Notes: generated by a model from the sequence alone, not told the origin. A stretch of 63,824 nt of DNA, filler included, from Reticulomyxa filosa (GCA_000512085.1; 12 parts of 12 records of this genome joined end to end with filler, not necessarily neighbours in it), one strand, 5' to 3'; numbered from the whole stretch's first letter, positions 39,026-51,873 are shown. A program made the numbers and translations.

Positions 39026-39864
39026 TCTCCTTGCACTATATTTCGTCCTAGAGTTTTTTAAAATTAAAACATTACTTTGCTAGACACCCTTGCCGGTGTG
39101 CATTAAAAAGAAAAAAAGATTTTTTTCAATGACAAATAATTTTGAGCAAAAATAATATTTTCATTACTTTATTCCAATTTATGGTATCTAACATATAGCT
39201 CCTTGGTTTTGTCAATTTCATCAATATCTTGTTTTTATATCATAGAGTTAAAAGAATAATATCCTTTTAACTCTTTCTATGATCGGATTATACGTGCAAT
39301 CAAAAAAGAAAGCTATCTATCTAAAATATTACCGCCAATATCATTTTTATGCAAGTAATACGTGTTTTGTGAATCGTTCGACAATATTCAAATGCAAACT
39401 CAAATTAATGCCTTAGAGATACGCAAAAAGAACTAAAGCAACTTTAAAAACTTTTAATCTGTTGGAAGCAAAACCAAAATTTTTAAATCACTCTGTTCAT
39501 ACCATATCGGAGTGCCGAGGTACATTCTTTTTGTCTTAAATATCTTCTAATTTGCTCCAATCTGAAATTTCAATTAAAAAATATTTGAAATGATTTTATA
39601 TATTTTTTTTCACTATTTTCAAAAATCCAAAAGCTGGCAGAAAGCAAATTTCAGGCCTTACACAATTACTTGTGAAATTTATGCAAAAAAAAACTCAAAA
39701 CAGCAAATGATCAATTATCAAAAATGTGGAGTGGCATTGAAACATTGCATTTTGGTGCCACTGTTGGCCGTATCGCAAAGAGGGAAGTACCACAACTGCA
39801 ATAGCAACAAACAAACAAAAAAAAATTTGTTATTGTTTGCATTTTTGTTTTTATTTTGATTATT

Positions 39865-42418
39865 TTAGTCCTTCTTTTCTTCTGTAATCAAATTATCAAA
39901 ATCGAAATCAGTGTTCTTTTGCAAATTTCTTGCTTTTGCTTCAATGGCCAGTTCAAAGTTTTCAGGCGTGATGAACCCTTCATTATCAACAGCCAACTCG
40001 ATCATAGCTAAGAGCGCGCTAATGCCAATTCCGGAGCTCTTTTCAGGGAATTTGTCACAAACGTCTTTGATACTAGGTTTGCATTTCTTGCCATATGCAG
40101 ATTGTTCCATGACCGTTTCGGTTTCCTTTCTGGAGTGGACCAAGGGGATGTCCCTAACCCAATCAAACACTTTATCAATTTGGAGCGTGCGAATGGCCTC
40201 ATAAGTGCACGTGGCGATAACAAAGATTTTGCGGTTCAATTCGCTGGGATTGCGACGGATGCTCGTCAAAATGGTCTGCAAGACGGGGTTGCTAAAGCGA
40301 ACGCCCACTGTGTAGCCAATCAATCGTTCCAAGTCGTCAATAATGACGACCGAAGCATCGGACTTGTACGCATCATCAAATATTTTGGCGATGCGTGCGC
40401 AAACCGTGCCATCGGCAGCGCCGACATAATCATCGGCACGAATGACGCGAACAAAAGGGAAGTTGGCTTCTTTGGCCAAAAAGCAGGCAAGCGCAGATTT
40501 GCCACAAGCCAAGTCACCTTGCAGCAGCAATGACTGTCGATTCATGACATTGCTGCGCACCAAGCGAGTGACAATTTTTCTGCTTAGGTCAATAATTTCT
40601 TCGACATCGTCATTGAAGAGAATAATACCGCGCGAAAAGTTGATTTGCAAGTCGTCGTCATTCACACCAAATTCGGGCTGCACTTCTTGCAAGGCCAGTT
40701 CAAAGTACTCCTTGGAGATCTTGATGTTGCGCATTTTCTTCAAGTCGATCTTCTGCAGATTTTCGACATCGATATGCTCTTGCATTGCATAGGACACGGC
40801 GCTGCGCACGACTGCCTCGATTTCTGCACCGCTGTAGTTTTTGGTGCGCGCCGCATATTCGCTCAACGAAATGTCGTCCGCCAAAAAGCCATTTTCTCGA
40901 AGCAAGCGAGTATGAATGCGGAAGATTTGTTCCCTGCCACGTTCATCAGGGAGTCCGATTTCAATGTGCACCTCCAAGCGTCCACTGCGAAGCAAGGCCT
41001 CATCGATCAGGTCTTTACGATTGGTCATGCCAATGACAAGGATGTTGTTCAACGAGTTGACACCATCGATCATCGACAGCAACTGGTTCACCACCGTGTC
41101 ATGCACGCCAGTGCCGGTATTGGTCGATCCTCGCTGCTTGCAAATGGCATCGATTTCATCAAAGATGATAATATGCAGTCCAGCCTTGTCGCCATTTTTT
41201 TGCTGGTCCTCTTGCGCGTCGCGGAACAATTCTCGAATATTCTCTTCCGACTGTCCGACAAACTTGTTCAACACTTCGGGTCCGTTCACCACCTTTGGTT
41301 CCCTTTCTGTCAACATCTTGCCAATGCTCCTCGCGATCAGCGTCTTGCCCGTTCCAGGGGGGCCGTACAGCAACATGCCTTTCACGTGCTTGACTCCCAG
41401 TTGCTTCACAATATCTGGCGGGTACAGACGACTGGCAAACGCTCTTCGGAAGATCGTTCCAAATTGCATATCCAATCCACCAATGCCCAACGACTCCGGG
41501 TCCCAATCTGGCCCAAAGGCTCGAATAGGCCCTGCCTGGACCAACACCAGATTCGGGTTGTTCGCTGTCATCAGATTGATCACTGTGTCATCGTCGATCG
41601 TCGCGTATTGCACCGATTGCATATTGGCCAGACGCACTTTCGCAGAAAGCGCTTTTTCTTCCGTCTCGTGGCTCGTCGGGTCCTTGGGCGTGTACAGGTT
41701 CACAATACGTAACGACAGCCAATATGTCGTCCCTTGCTGCGGCCAACTCACAATAAATCTTTGGTCTTTACAAAAGATCTCATCTTTCAACTTCGTCAAG
41801 ATATGCGTTTCGATCTTCTCCGCCTCCACACGGGTCTCCACTTTCAACAGCGTGTCCACCACCACTGTCATCGTGTGTGCGACAGGCCGCTGCGGGTTGC
41901 TGCTCGTGCACTTCTCCACGTGCACCAACGAGCTCAGGTTTTGATGGATTGCCATGCGTTGCAACGCTGTCGTTCCCAATGCCTTTCGGTCCAATTTATC
42001 TTCACCTGTCTTCTTTGCATCCCCTTTGCTCTTTGCTTGGCCCGCGATATATGCTCTTTCAAATACACAAACACGTTTACATTACATTTTTTTTTTTTTA
42101 TAAAAAAAAAAATACTAATGTTATACGTTTTTTTTTTTTTTTTTTTATGTACTGATCCCCTTTCCCCCCCCCTTTTTTTTTTTTTTTAATACACTCCAAT
42201 CACGTTTTTAAGGTCTCTGGAGTAGTTGTTTTTTTTTTCCATTACCTACAACGGCCTACAACCAATTTCCCCACCCAAACAAAGTCATTCTCTGCTATGT
42301 TCAGATCCTTCATGTCTTCTGGGTGCATATAAAAGCAATTCGTGTACCAGTATTCTTGGTTCACCAAACCCGTTACCGTAAAATTACTCGTTGTCGAGGT
42401 TGTTGTTGTTGACGTCAT
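39865..42418 (-). CDS. NSF: Vesicle-fusing ATPase NSF/Sec18
   Basis: GIGGLDMQFGTIFRRAFASR, GPPGTGKTLIAR, IIIFDEIDAICKQRG, GMTNRKDLIDEALLRSGRLEV; second AAA domain; short 5' exons from ATG at 42418. Confidence 0.96.
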
Positions 42419-42760
42419 TTTTTATGGTATAAAATTGCAAACAGCCAAATCTTCAATAGCTAAAATCACAAAATGTTTTCAAATTATTATTTTTCTTTTA
42501 AATATCGAAATTGAAAATTTTTATGTTCGACAGAAAAAAACAGCTTGCTCCCCGTTTTGGGAGAAGGGATATCCGTTGTTTCAGGGGTGCCTTTTGTGTG
42601 CCTGTTGAATAAAAAATTAAAGCAAACGATTGAAAGTTTGCTTGTTCAATTGAGTGCACTTCACGAAGAACGTTTTGCTTCGGTTATGGTTTTTATAATA
42701 GAAACCCGAAGTAGTTTTGGGATAGTTCAAAATAACTTTTTCTTTCTGTAATATACAAAA

Positions 42761-44546
42761 ATGATGTCACCAAAAATACAATTTATAATTGCAATATTCT
42801 TGTCATGGTGTAGTTGGGCGTTTTCAAAAAATTTGCAAGTGATAATTCCAACGGATGGAATGAACATCACAAGCAGTGTAAAGTTTGCTCCAGGTACGTA
42901 CTATCTGGCCCATGGCGTGAACATTGCCGCTGACAACATAGAAGTAGATCTAAACAACTGCAGTATTGTGGGAAAGGACTTTGAGAACGTTGGAATATCG
43001 ATAATTGGCCACAATAACGTGAAAGTACAAAATGGTAACATCAGCAGCTATTATTATGGAGTTAAACTGGTAGATTGCAATTTTGTTTATATTATGTCAA
43101 ATATCATATCAAACAATTGGTTGGATCCAAATGCATACAACACAACACCTCCATGGTTGAATATCAATGTGACACCAGATGATTTTGGCGATAGGACCAA
43201 TTTGGGAGGTATATGTTTCGATTTGCGTATTATTTTTATATTGGGGTTGAATGAGATAAAACAAATACAACAGGTGGACTATGGGCACAAAATTGTAGCA
43301 ATTTGTACGTAACTGGAAATGGGATGAATGGACAAGAAAATGGTATGGATTTGTTCTATGTCAATGATAGTGAGATTTTTGGAAATGATTGCAGTTACAA
43401 TGTTGGCTGGGGTAAGTTATTGTACTCAATGTACTTGTTATATCGTGCAAACTGTAGATAAAACAATCGAACATATATCCTTTTGTGAAGGTATTCATTT
43501 GTACAAGTCGAGTGATAACACAATACAAAATAACGTGGCAAACAATTGCACCAGATATGGTCCTGATCCATATTATACATGCGATACTGCTGGACTATTG
43601 TTGAATTGCCAATGTCATAACAACATTGTTGTGGAAAACCAGTTTTTGTATGGCGGAGATGGTATTTTTTTTTTTGTTTGTTTATTTTTGTTTTTGTTTT
43701 GTTAGTGTAATATTACCACATACTTTTGGATTTGTTAAGGTATATTCATGAGCGGATTTCCAAGAAACTCAGAAAAATGAATGCTGTCCGTCAAATAATA
43801 ATTATATTGCCAACAATGATTGCCGTTATTCCCCAAATAATGCAATTGAAAGTACTTTTGCACAAGGCAATGTGTTTGCAAACAATGTATTGAATGGAAG
43901 CAATTATGGCTTGTGGCTAGGATACAGTCACAATGGTAATGTTGTGAGTGGAAATATTATTGCAGATTGTCATACTGCAGGTGTTGCTATTGAGCATGGA
44001 AGAGACAACGTGATAACAGAAAACTTGATTATTGGAAACTCTAATGGTATTTTATTATGGACGGACATGACTGTTCATTTTCCAAGTACACAATATCAGT
44101 GCTTGGATATTCCAAATCAACAATACAGCAGTAATTATACAGTAACCAATAATCGTATTATCAACAATCAAGTTGGAATCAATTTTGTTAACACAACATA
44201 TAGCAATGTTTATAATAACTTTGTATCCATTCACAATAATAATTCTATCACTGCTCAAGATTTAGAATGGAATATTGGAAATTTGTGGAATTTGCTTGAA
44301 CCAGTAAACATGATTAACATTGTTGGTGGACCTTTCATTGGTGGTAACTATTGGAGTGATTACACTGGACATATGGACAACAGTGGGAATGGATTTGGAA
44401 ACATTCCTTATAATAATGGATTTTTGAGTGGTGAAGGAGATCAATTGCCTTTAGTTGTGATAAGCAGTAGAAATGAGAACACAACAAATCGCATGCAAAT
44501 AGAATCCGAGATAATTGAAAAATTTAATGTAAAAAATTTTCCTTGA
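42761..44546 (+). CDS. Secreted right-handed parallel beta-helix (NosD/CASH-like) protein, 4 exons
   Basis: Signal peptide; Asn-rich PbH1 repeats; SPNNAIESTF..SNYGLWLGYS; C-terminal NIVGGPFIGGNYWSDYTG..GFGNIPY..DQLPL; introns at about 43209-43273, 43413-43490 and 43662-43739; +1 frameshift near 43775. Confidence 0.85.
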
Positions 44547-44861
44547 TACATAATCTTTTTTTTTTTTTTTTGATAAATGAATCAATTATTTTTAAGACAA
44601 AAAAAAAAAGTGCTTTTTTTCTTGTCGAAATGTATTGATTCTATTTACAAATATTAATACTTCGAAACAGAAAAATAGTACTATACAATCGTATTTTCAA
44701 TTCTTTTTTTATCCGTTGTTCATCATCGTAGCAAAACAAGAGAATAATAGAGTTACAATGCAGTACACAAGGAAAATGAAGCAACAAAAAAGTAAAATTG
44801 TGATACTGGGTGTGTATTCACAATAGCGATTATGAAAACAAAAAAAAAGAAACGCCAAGAG

Positions 44862-47800
44862 TCATTTCACAGCCACACTTAACAAGTTTGCCATCTCTCT
44901 TGAACTTAATGTTGCTTTATGATAGTCTCCAAATATTTCACTGTATATTTTCCATGACTTTTCATAATATTCATATGCTGTTGCCCCAATATTCCATTTT
45001 TTATAAATGCGCTCGCAAAGTTCCAATACAAATAACCAATTACTCTTTTTCATCAACCACAGCTCTTATTTTTGCTGCATTATCATAACATTCAATTGCT
45101 CCGGAATGCTGTCCATTGCCATCAAGGGCAATTCCTAAATTGAGATAAGTCTCAAATACATCAATATGACTGGATCCAAAAGATTCCAATCTAATTTTTA
45201 AAGATTGTTCATAGCATTCAATTGCTTTGGTGTGTCGATCCATTTCTTCATAATTACATCCTAATTCGAAGTAAGAATCAGCGACATCAATGTGATTTGG
45301 ACCAAATATCTCTAGTCTAATTTTTAAGGCTTTTTCATGACATTCTATCGCCTTATCATATTGTTCGCTGCAAGAATAAGCGCATCCTAAGGCATCATAA
45401 CATTGTGCAATGTCGTTGTGAGCAATTCCAAGAATTTTTAATCTGATTTTCAATGAAGCTTCGTAAAAAGTAATTGCTTGATCATATTGATCGTCATCAT
45501 AGCATGCCTTTCCTAAATTGTAGTATGTAAGAGCAACTTCAGAATTGTTTGGACCAAGCATTTTGGTCATTATTTGAACCGCATTTTTCATACACTCTAT
45601 TCCTTTCGCTTTTTGTTCTGTATTACAATAAATCACTCCCAAGCAGGAAAGGGTACGAGCAACATCAACATGATCTAGTTCATAAATTTCGAATCTGATA
45701 CCGAGGGATTTTTCATAACATTCTTTTGCTTTGTCGTATTGTGCTACTTTATCATAAACAGTTGCTAAATTATCATAAGATGAAGCAACTTCAGTGTGGT
45801 TTGGTCCAAGAACATCTAATCTAATTTTCAATGCCTTTTCATAATATTCAATTGCCTTCTTATATTGAACCTTGTAATAATATATATTTCCTAAATTGCT
45901 GTAAATTAGTGCAACATCCACATGATTCATTCCAAAAATTTTCAATCTAATTTGCAATGCTTTTTCAAAATAATCCGTTGCTTTATCACACTCACGTTTA
46001 CTATTATGAGTAACACCTAAATTATAGTATGATAATGCAATATCTGCATGATTACTTTTATAAAGCTCTAATCTAATTTTCAACGCATTTCCATAACATT
46101 CAACGGCCTTGTCGTATTGCACTTTATTCAGATATGCGACACCCAAATTGTCATATGATGAAGCAATATCGTCGTGTTTCAATCCAAAAACTTCTATCCT
46201 AATTTTCAATGCCTTTTCGTGATACTCAATCGATTTGTCAAATTGATTTTTATAGTAATATATCAACCCCATATGGTAATATGAGTAAGCTACGCTAACG
46301 TGATTTTTCCAAAAATGTCAAGCGAACTTTCAATAGCTTTGCTATGACATATGAGAGCTTTATCGTATTGTCTGTGCTGAAAATATGCATACCCCAAATT
46401 ATTGTTAAAATCGGCGACATAAGGATGGTTGACACCAAAGGTATGCACAGAAAGTTCTATAGATTGCTTTAGACAAGAACAATCTTTCAAAATCTTTTAT
46501 TGTATAACTTTCTTTTGCTACGTCATCTAGAATTTGAAGTTTTGTGAAAATATCATAATGCAGTGCAGTATTCCATTGAATTGGAGGAACAAGACGTGCC
46601 AACTTGGGATCAATTGTTGCATCCTTTGTGACAAACAGTTCCATTGTTATATTGGCATTTCCTTTGCACTGAATTTCACAACCGACAGCGTATGCATTGC
46701 CATCAATATTTATATCATCCAATACCACCACTTTATTTTTAATAACATACAAACAATATTCACCAAATACTTGTTTGTCCGCTCGCCCACTTTTAATGAA
46801 GTTACTGAATGAAGTATCTTCATTAATTTTGTTTGTATCTTCGTGCGATATTTTATCCCATTGAGAAGTATTGCTAATAACTACGATTAATCCTTGTTCT
46901 TTTATTTTGATCATTTGTTCAACCATTTTAGCTGCTTCAACTGTTGATGTTTTCCAATTTTCATTCCAATGTTTATGATAGTTGAAAGATTTTTTAATAT
47001 TTTTGGAAATTGAGATAGTGTCATTTGTTTCTTGCTTAATATCATCATTATATCGAACAATCTGTGTTGAAGATGTAATAGATCGTGGAATTAAAACAAT
47101 ATCAAAATTTGAATTTGAAATTGCCTGTGCAACTTGTGTATCTAGAATATGATTATTTGTCAATTTAATTACTTGATTGATAATAAATGATAAACTTTTA
47201 TTCATATTCTTTTCAATTACTTGACAAAATATTTCTGTAAAATATTTTTCTTTTTTTTTTTAAATAACAATTGGTTTTTTGGAAATATTTGCATAAATAT
47301 TGAAAATATCAACATCTTGATTATATCGTATTTTATTGTCATCATATTTAATTTCTTTTGTATTTTTGATTCGATTTGAAGAAGAGATATTTTGTTGATA
47401 TATAAATTCAATTTTGATAAATATTTTTGGTTTTCCAATAAAATAATCTGTTTTTGTTATAATATCTTCTTGAATATCTTGAAAAGATTTTTTCTTTTCA
47501 TCACTTGTGATTATAATATCTTCATTATTTCCATATCCACACCAAACAAATATTAATCCATCATATGATTTATTATTTGTATTATCATTTAAATTTAAAA
47601 CATATTTTAAAATAAACTTATTCAAATCATTCAAAGTAAGTGATTCAGTACTTATATTTTGTAAATTAAAGGTATTAAATACTTGATAACCAAATTTTTC
47701 TTTAAAAAGTTTTTGTAATAGAATCAGATCATTTTTGACATTTTGCAAATATGCCATTTTTTTGTATTTTATTGCTCCTGCCAATAACACCAAGGGATTC

Positions 47801-48247
47801 TTCATTTCATTCGAAGATAGTGATAATGGTGATGGCGAAGGTGATAACAATGACGACGTTAATGGTGATGCTAGTGGTGATGCTAATGGTGCTGTTATTT
47901 CTTTTTTTTCCTTCACATCTTTCTTCTTTGTGGACTCTATCCAATATTTTAGTTCAATTTATTTTGCAAGACGTTAATCGCAACGTCTGTGCACTCTTGA
48001 AATAAAAGAAATAACTTGGCTGAAATTCAGCAAAGAAAAGAAGGCGGCCATCTTTAACAAGTCTTCTAAGATGCTGGTTTGTTGCAATATCAAATCCGTC
48101 TGCGTCAGTAACTTTTATCAATGTATTACCCCGTTGTTCACTTTTGCTCACTTCTATTATTTGTTCTTTCAAACCTGTAACCGTCAAATTCGTTAAGTTC
48201 AGTCTATATTTTTTTGACCCAATTGTCACAATGGCTTTAGAAGACAT
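44862..48247 (-). CDS. Ubiquitin-fold (PB1/CIDE-N-like) + inactive caspase-like (peptidase C14) + about 11-12 42-aa TPR repeats
   Basis: NPLVLLAGAIKY..NVKNDLILLQKLF..YDGLIFVWCGYG..FIGKPKIFI; TPR unit FGxNHxDVAxSYxNLGxxYxxxxQYDKAIEYYEKALKIRL; ORFs 47954-48247, 47260-47916, 46405-47205, 46290-46490, 45040-46272 and 44862-45056 join by an intron and by frameshifts in homopolymer runs. Confidence 0.8.
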
Positions 48248-49290
48248 TTGATGTTGGGATCGATACTTAAAAAAAAAAAGGTGATTTTTTTTGGAAATGG
48301 GAAAGAGTTTTTTGTCTTGTGCAAATTTTTACGCCATCTCCTTCTCAAGTCATGAGAGACAAAAAGTTACTGCAACCCCTTAGACACGCTAAATATTAAA
48401 AAGAACTTGTACTGAAGATATGTATAAGTATTCAAGCAATTCTAAATTGCTTGGTCTCCCAGTAATGGTAATCAAAGTGATCGTTTTAGGTGATTGTGTG
48501 GAAGAATAGCAGATGTGTTGTGACTTTTGGAACAACTTTGCGTAACAGTTGTAGTTTTGGTATTAGGATAGTGCTGTTAGTGTATGTCTCATACAAATAA
48601 AGTATGAATCATTGCTTTTTTTATAATTTCTCTTTTTGGTTTCGTATTGCTTTATGTATTCTTCCAACATCATCTCTGTGTCGAAGAGATCATTGTTTCT
48701 GTATTAGTGAGAGAAGATAGCTAAAGCTTTCTTTTGAAGAAACGTTTGATTAACCTTAGACAAAAATCTAATAGAGACAAAGTGTTGTTGTCTGATTGAC
48801 AAACGTGAGAACTAAACTCGGGTCAAGCAAGAGCTAGTTTTTGAACGCATTTATTTCGATAGAAAAAAAATTATTTTTAACTGAATTATGATTATGATAT
48901 TACAGCCCAACAATATACCCATTATGCGAAATAAGATAATATCAAAAATGAAATTGTCTGGTAGCTCAAAGTAGAGCATGCATCTGTCACTAGATGTGAT
49001 GTTTGAAACGTTTGCCACGGATGTGGTGTTTGTGTGTGTTTGAAGCATTACGCTACTTGGTTTTTACCGAGATATATATCTGGAACAAGTTTCCAGAATA
49101 TTAAGGACTGCATTAGTTACCCACAAGTTGTGCTGCCCTTAATAGTAATATACTTCACCGAAAACTCAGGCAGTTCGCATAGATGTGAGTGCGAGTCTCA
49201 CCCAGACTAATACAATATTTTTTTTTTAATTATATAACACGAAAGAAAATTATTTCATACTTTCTCTAAAGTGATTGCAATCTAAAAGTG

Positions 49291-49426
49291 AAAATTCAAT
49301 TAAATATCTTTTCATTACTTCTGATTATAATATCTTCATTATTTCCATATCCACACCAAACAAATATTAATCCATCATATGATTTTTTATTTGTATTATC
49401 ATTTAAATTATTCAAAGTAAGTGATT
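49291..49426 (-). repeat. Partial, internally deleted duplicate of the caspase-like coding region
   Basis: 49322-49409 is nearly identical to 47508-47595, then jumps to the 47629-47645 sequence. Confidence 0.8.
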
Positions 49427-49693
49427 ACGTAGTCATGTTTTGTGAATTTTGTCATAAGGAAGAAGACGTCACTGTCAAAAATTTTGCTGTAATTTTAGTT
49501 GTTTCCAGGTTCTTATTTTTCTTGTGCATATATTTTGAAAAAAATTATGTAAATTCAAAAGAGAAAAATGTTGCATATCTTATATGAAATGGAGGTTCAC
49601 AGCCACAGTCTTATGAAACAACTATCTATCAATATTTGAACTCCTTTAAAAGTTACTCAGCTGAGAAGAAAAAAGGACAACACCTTTCCTCCA

Positions 49694-51465
49694 TTATTTG
49701 GATGGCTTGTAATGGATACTAACATCACTAACGGAGCTGTTTCCTGACGCTCCCGGGCACACTTCTTCATAAATTCCAGTGAAAAGAGTTCCCAAATTAT
49801 TTTTGTTGTGAAACACATCACAAGATTGCTTTTTGCCGTTGATGATAAATCGGAATTTGTCTCCATTTTGAATCGCGGTGGGAGTGTTCACTGTTCGACT
49901 GCCGCCCAAAGTATACACACTTATGCTTGTGGATCCCAACCCCACTCCAAGACTATAATCAGTGCCGCTGCCCATGAAGTAATCCCTGTCCGTGTTTCGA
50001 TTCGACAACAAGTACGGCCAGTGGTATCATCCCCCTCTCCCTTTCTTCATCAAAACAACACCCAACAAAAATGTATCAAACATACCAATTCGTGGTAAAA
50101 GTAGTTGGAGGTGACTTGGTGAACCCAATCCACGAGTAATTGCTGACACTATTTTTTGTTTATTTTCCACCACAATTAAACAACAGCAATTGTTTTTGCT
50201 ATTTTTGTCGCGAAAAAAAAAAAACTGAACGTGTGCAAGGTAAATTCGAATGCAAATTTTTCATGTTCTTTCAATCGAATCGAGTAATTTGCAACAGCTC
50301 TCGATTGTTTTGCAGGGAATTTGGCACGATGTTTGCTTGCAAAGACAATGTCAGTGCCATGGCGTTTTTTGTTCCAATACAATTCTAGCATTACATATGA
50401 CATACACAACATATATTATATATATTATATATATTATATATAATACATATGTCAACCAACCCATCCTTTCAAATGAAACCAACAAAACTGAGTTGCTTTG
50501 TCGTGACAGGCACAATGTCGGAATATGGACCCCAACCGCTTTGGTTTTGAGCACGAATGCGGATGTAATATTTGGTTTTGCAGTTGAGCTTTTTGATTGT
50601 GTATGAGTTGTCTTTGTCCACTTTAATTTTTTTAGCTTTCCATTTGAACTTGTCCGGATCGATGCCGAGCGGGTCATCCGACTTTTCGTCTCTGCTCTCA
50701 GTGTCGCTTCCACTGTCGCTCTCGCTTTCGCTGTCACTTTCGCTGTCCGACTCGTCACTGTCGTCCGAGTCGTCTTTTTTCCGTTTTGATTTCTTCGAGC
50801 TCTTCTTGCTCTTGCTCTTACTTTTCGCGTTCGCATAGCACAATTCGTACGCTTCGATTATCGCCTTGCTCGCTTCGTCTTTCCATTCCACCTTTTCGCA
50901 CGCACGCGCGCGCGCGCAATTTATATCGCGCAAATTCGGTTCACGTTACGTTCCCCCCCCCGCGCCCCCATTAGAACAAACAAAAACAAAATGAAAGAGC
51001 TAATCACAAGTACAAGTATAAAGTATAAGCACAAATATACCTCAATTGATTCAAAAGTGATCTCCACCACTTTGATTTTAGGAGGAGGAGGCACATCACA
51101 TCCGTGCACGAGAAATGAATCCAAAAACTGTCTCATTCAAAACAAACCAAAAAAGCATTTTTTTTAAAAATTATTATTTGTCCATGCATTTATTCCATAA
51201 AGAATAATAAAGAGTGTTGTGTCAAGAGAAGCGTATGTATACACATATACATATATGTATATATATATATGTATATATGTATATATGTGCAAAACTTCAG
51301 TGAACAAGTTTCCATTACAAATCATTTTGATATCGGGTTGAGTGACCAAATCCATCTCCATGTCTTTGGAAACAATGCCACGGATCTCTCTGCCGATATA
51401 CAAGCTTCGAGAGCCGCTATCCAAGCTTGGGTTCGCCAGTCGTTCTTCACAACTTTCTTTCACCT
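49694..51465 (-). CDS. FN3 + SPRY-like domain protein (5'-truncated, multi-exon)
   Basis: PPPKIKVVEITFESIEV, YTIKKLNCKTKYYIRIRAQNQSGWGPYS (FN3 with an S/D/K-rich insert); SWIGFT, IQNGDKFRFIIN..VFHNKNNLGTLF..VCPG (SPRY-like). Confidence 0.7.
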
Positions 51466-51472
51466 ATGTAGT

Positions 51473-51512
<40 letters not shown>

Positions 51513-51612
51513 NNNNNNNNNNNNNNNNNNNNNNNNNNNNNNNNNNNNNNNNNNNNTTAATTAATTAANNNNNNNNNNNNNNNNNNNNNNNNNNNNNNNN
51601 NNNNNNNNNNNN
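51513..51612. other. Artificial contig spacer
   Basis: N44-TTAATTAATTAA-N44. Confidence 0.98.
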
Positions 51613-51660
51613 AAAAAAAAAGCAACAAAAAAAACGTTTTGTGTACAAAAAGCTTCAAAT

Positions 51661-51873
51661 TTAAGCCTCATCTTCTTCAGCTTGTTCAGAGGTCCACAAG
51701 GTCAAGTTGTCTCGCAACAATTGCATAATCAAAGTGGAATCTTTGTAGTTGGTGTCAGTTAAACCATCTAATTTTTCAATGACTGCATCAAACGATTTCT
51801 TGGCAAGTTCACAAGCTTTCTCAGGTTGTTTCAAAATTTCGTAATAGCAAACGCTAAAGTTCAAGGCTAAGCC
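51661..51873 (-). pseudogene. 14-3-3 protein C-terminal fragment (orphan last exon)
   Basis: [44 protein letters not shown]; no upstream 14-3-3 exons found on this contig. Confidence 0.8.

Noticed and set aside
40102-41944. Long + strand ORFs (355 aa, 342 aa, 143 aa)
   Set aside because: Antisense shadows of the GC-rich NSF gene with no recognisable motifs; the same applies to 9691-10314 (PNPase) and 10456-11084 (kinase)
720-48247. NTase + macrodomain + WD40 + caspase-TPR as one clustered defence island
   Set aside because: They lie on three different contigs separated by spacers, so physical linkage cannot be claimed
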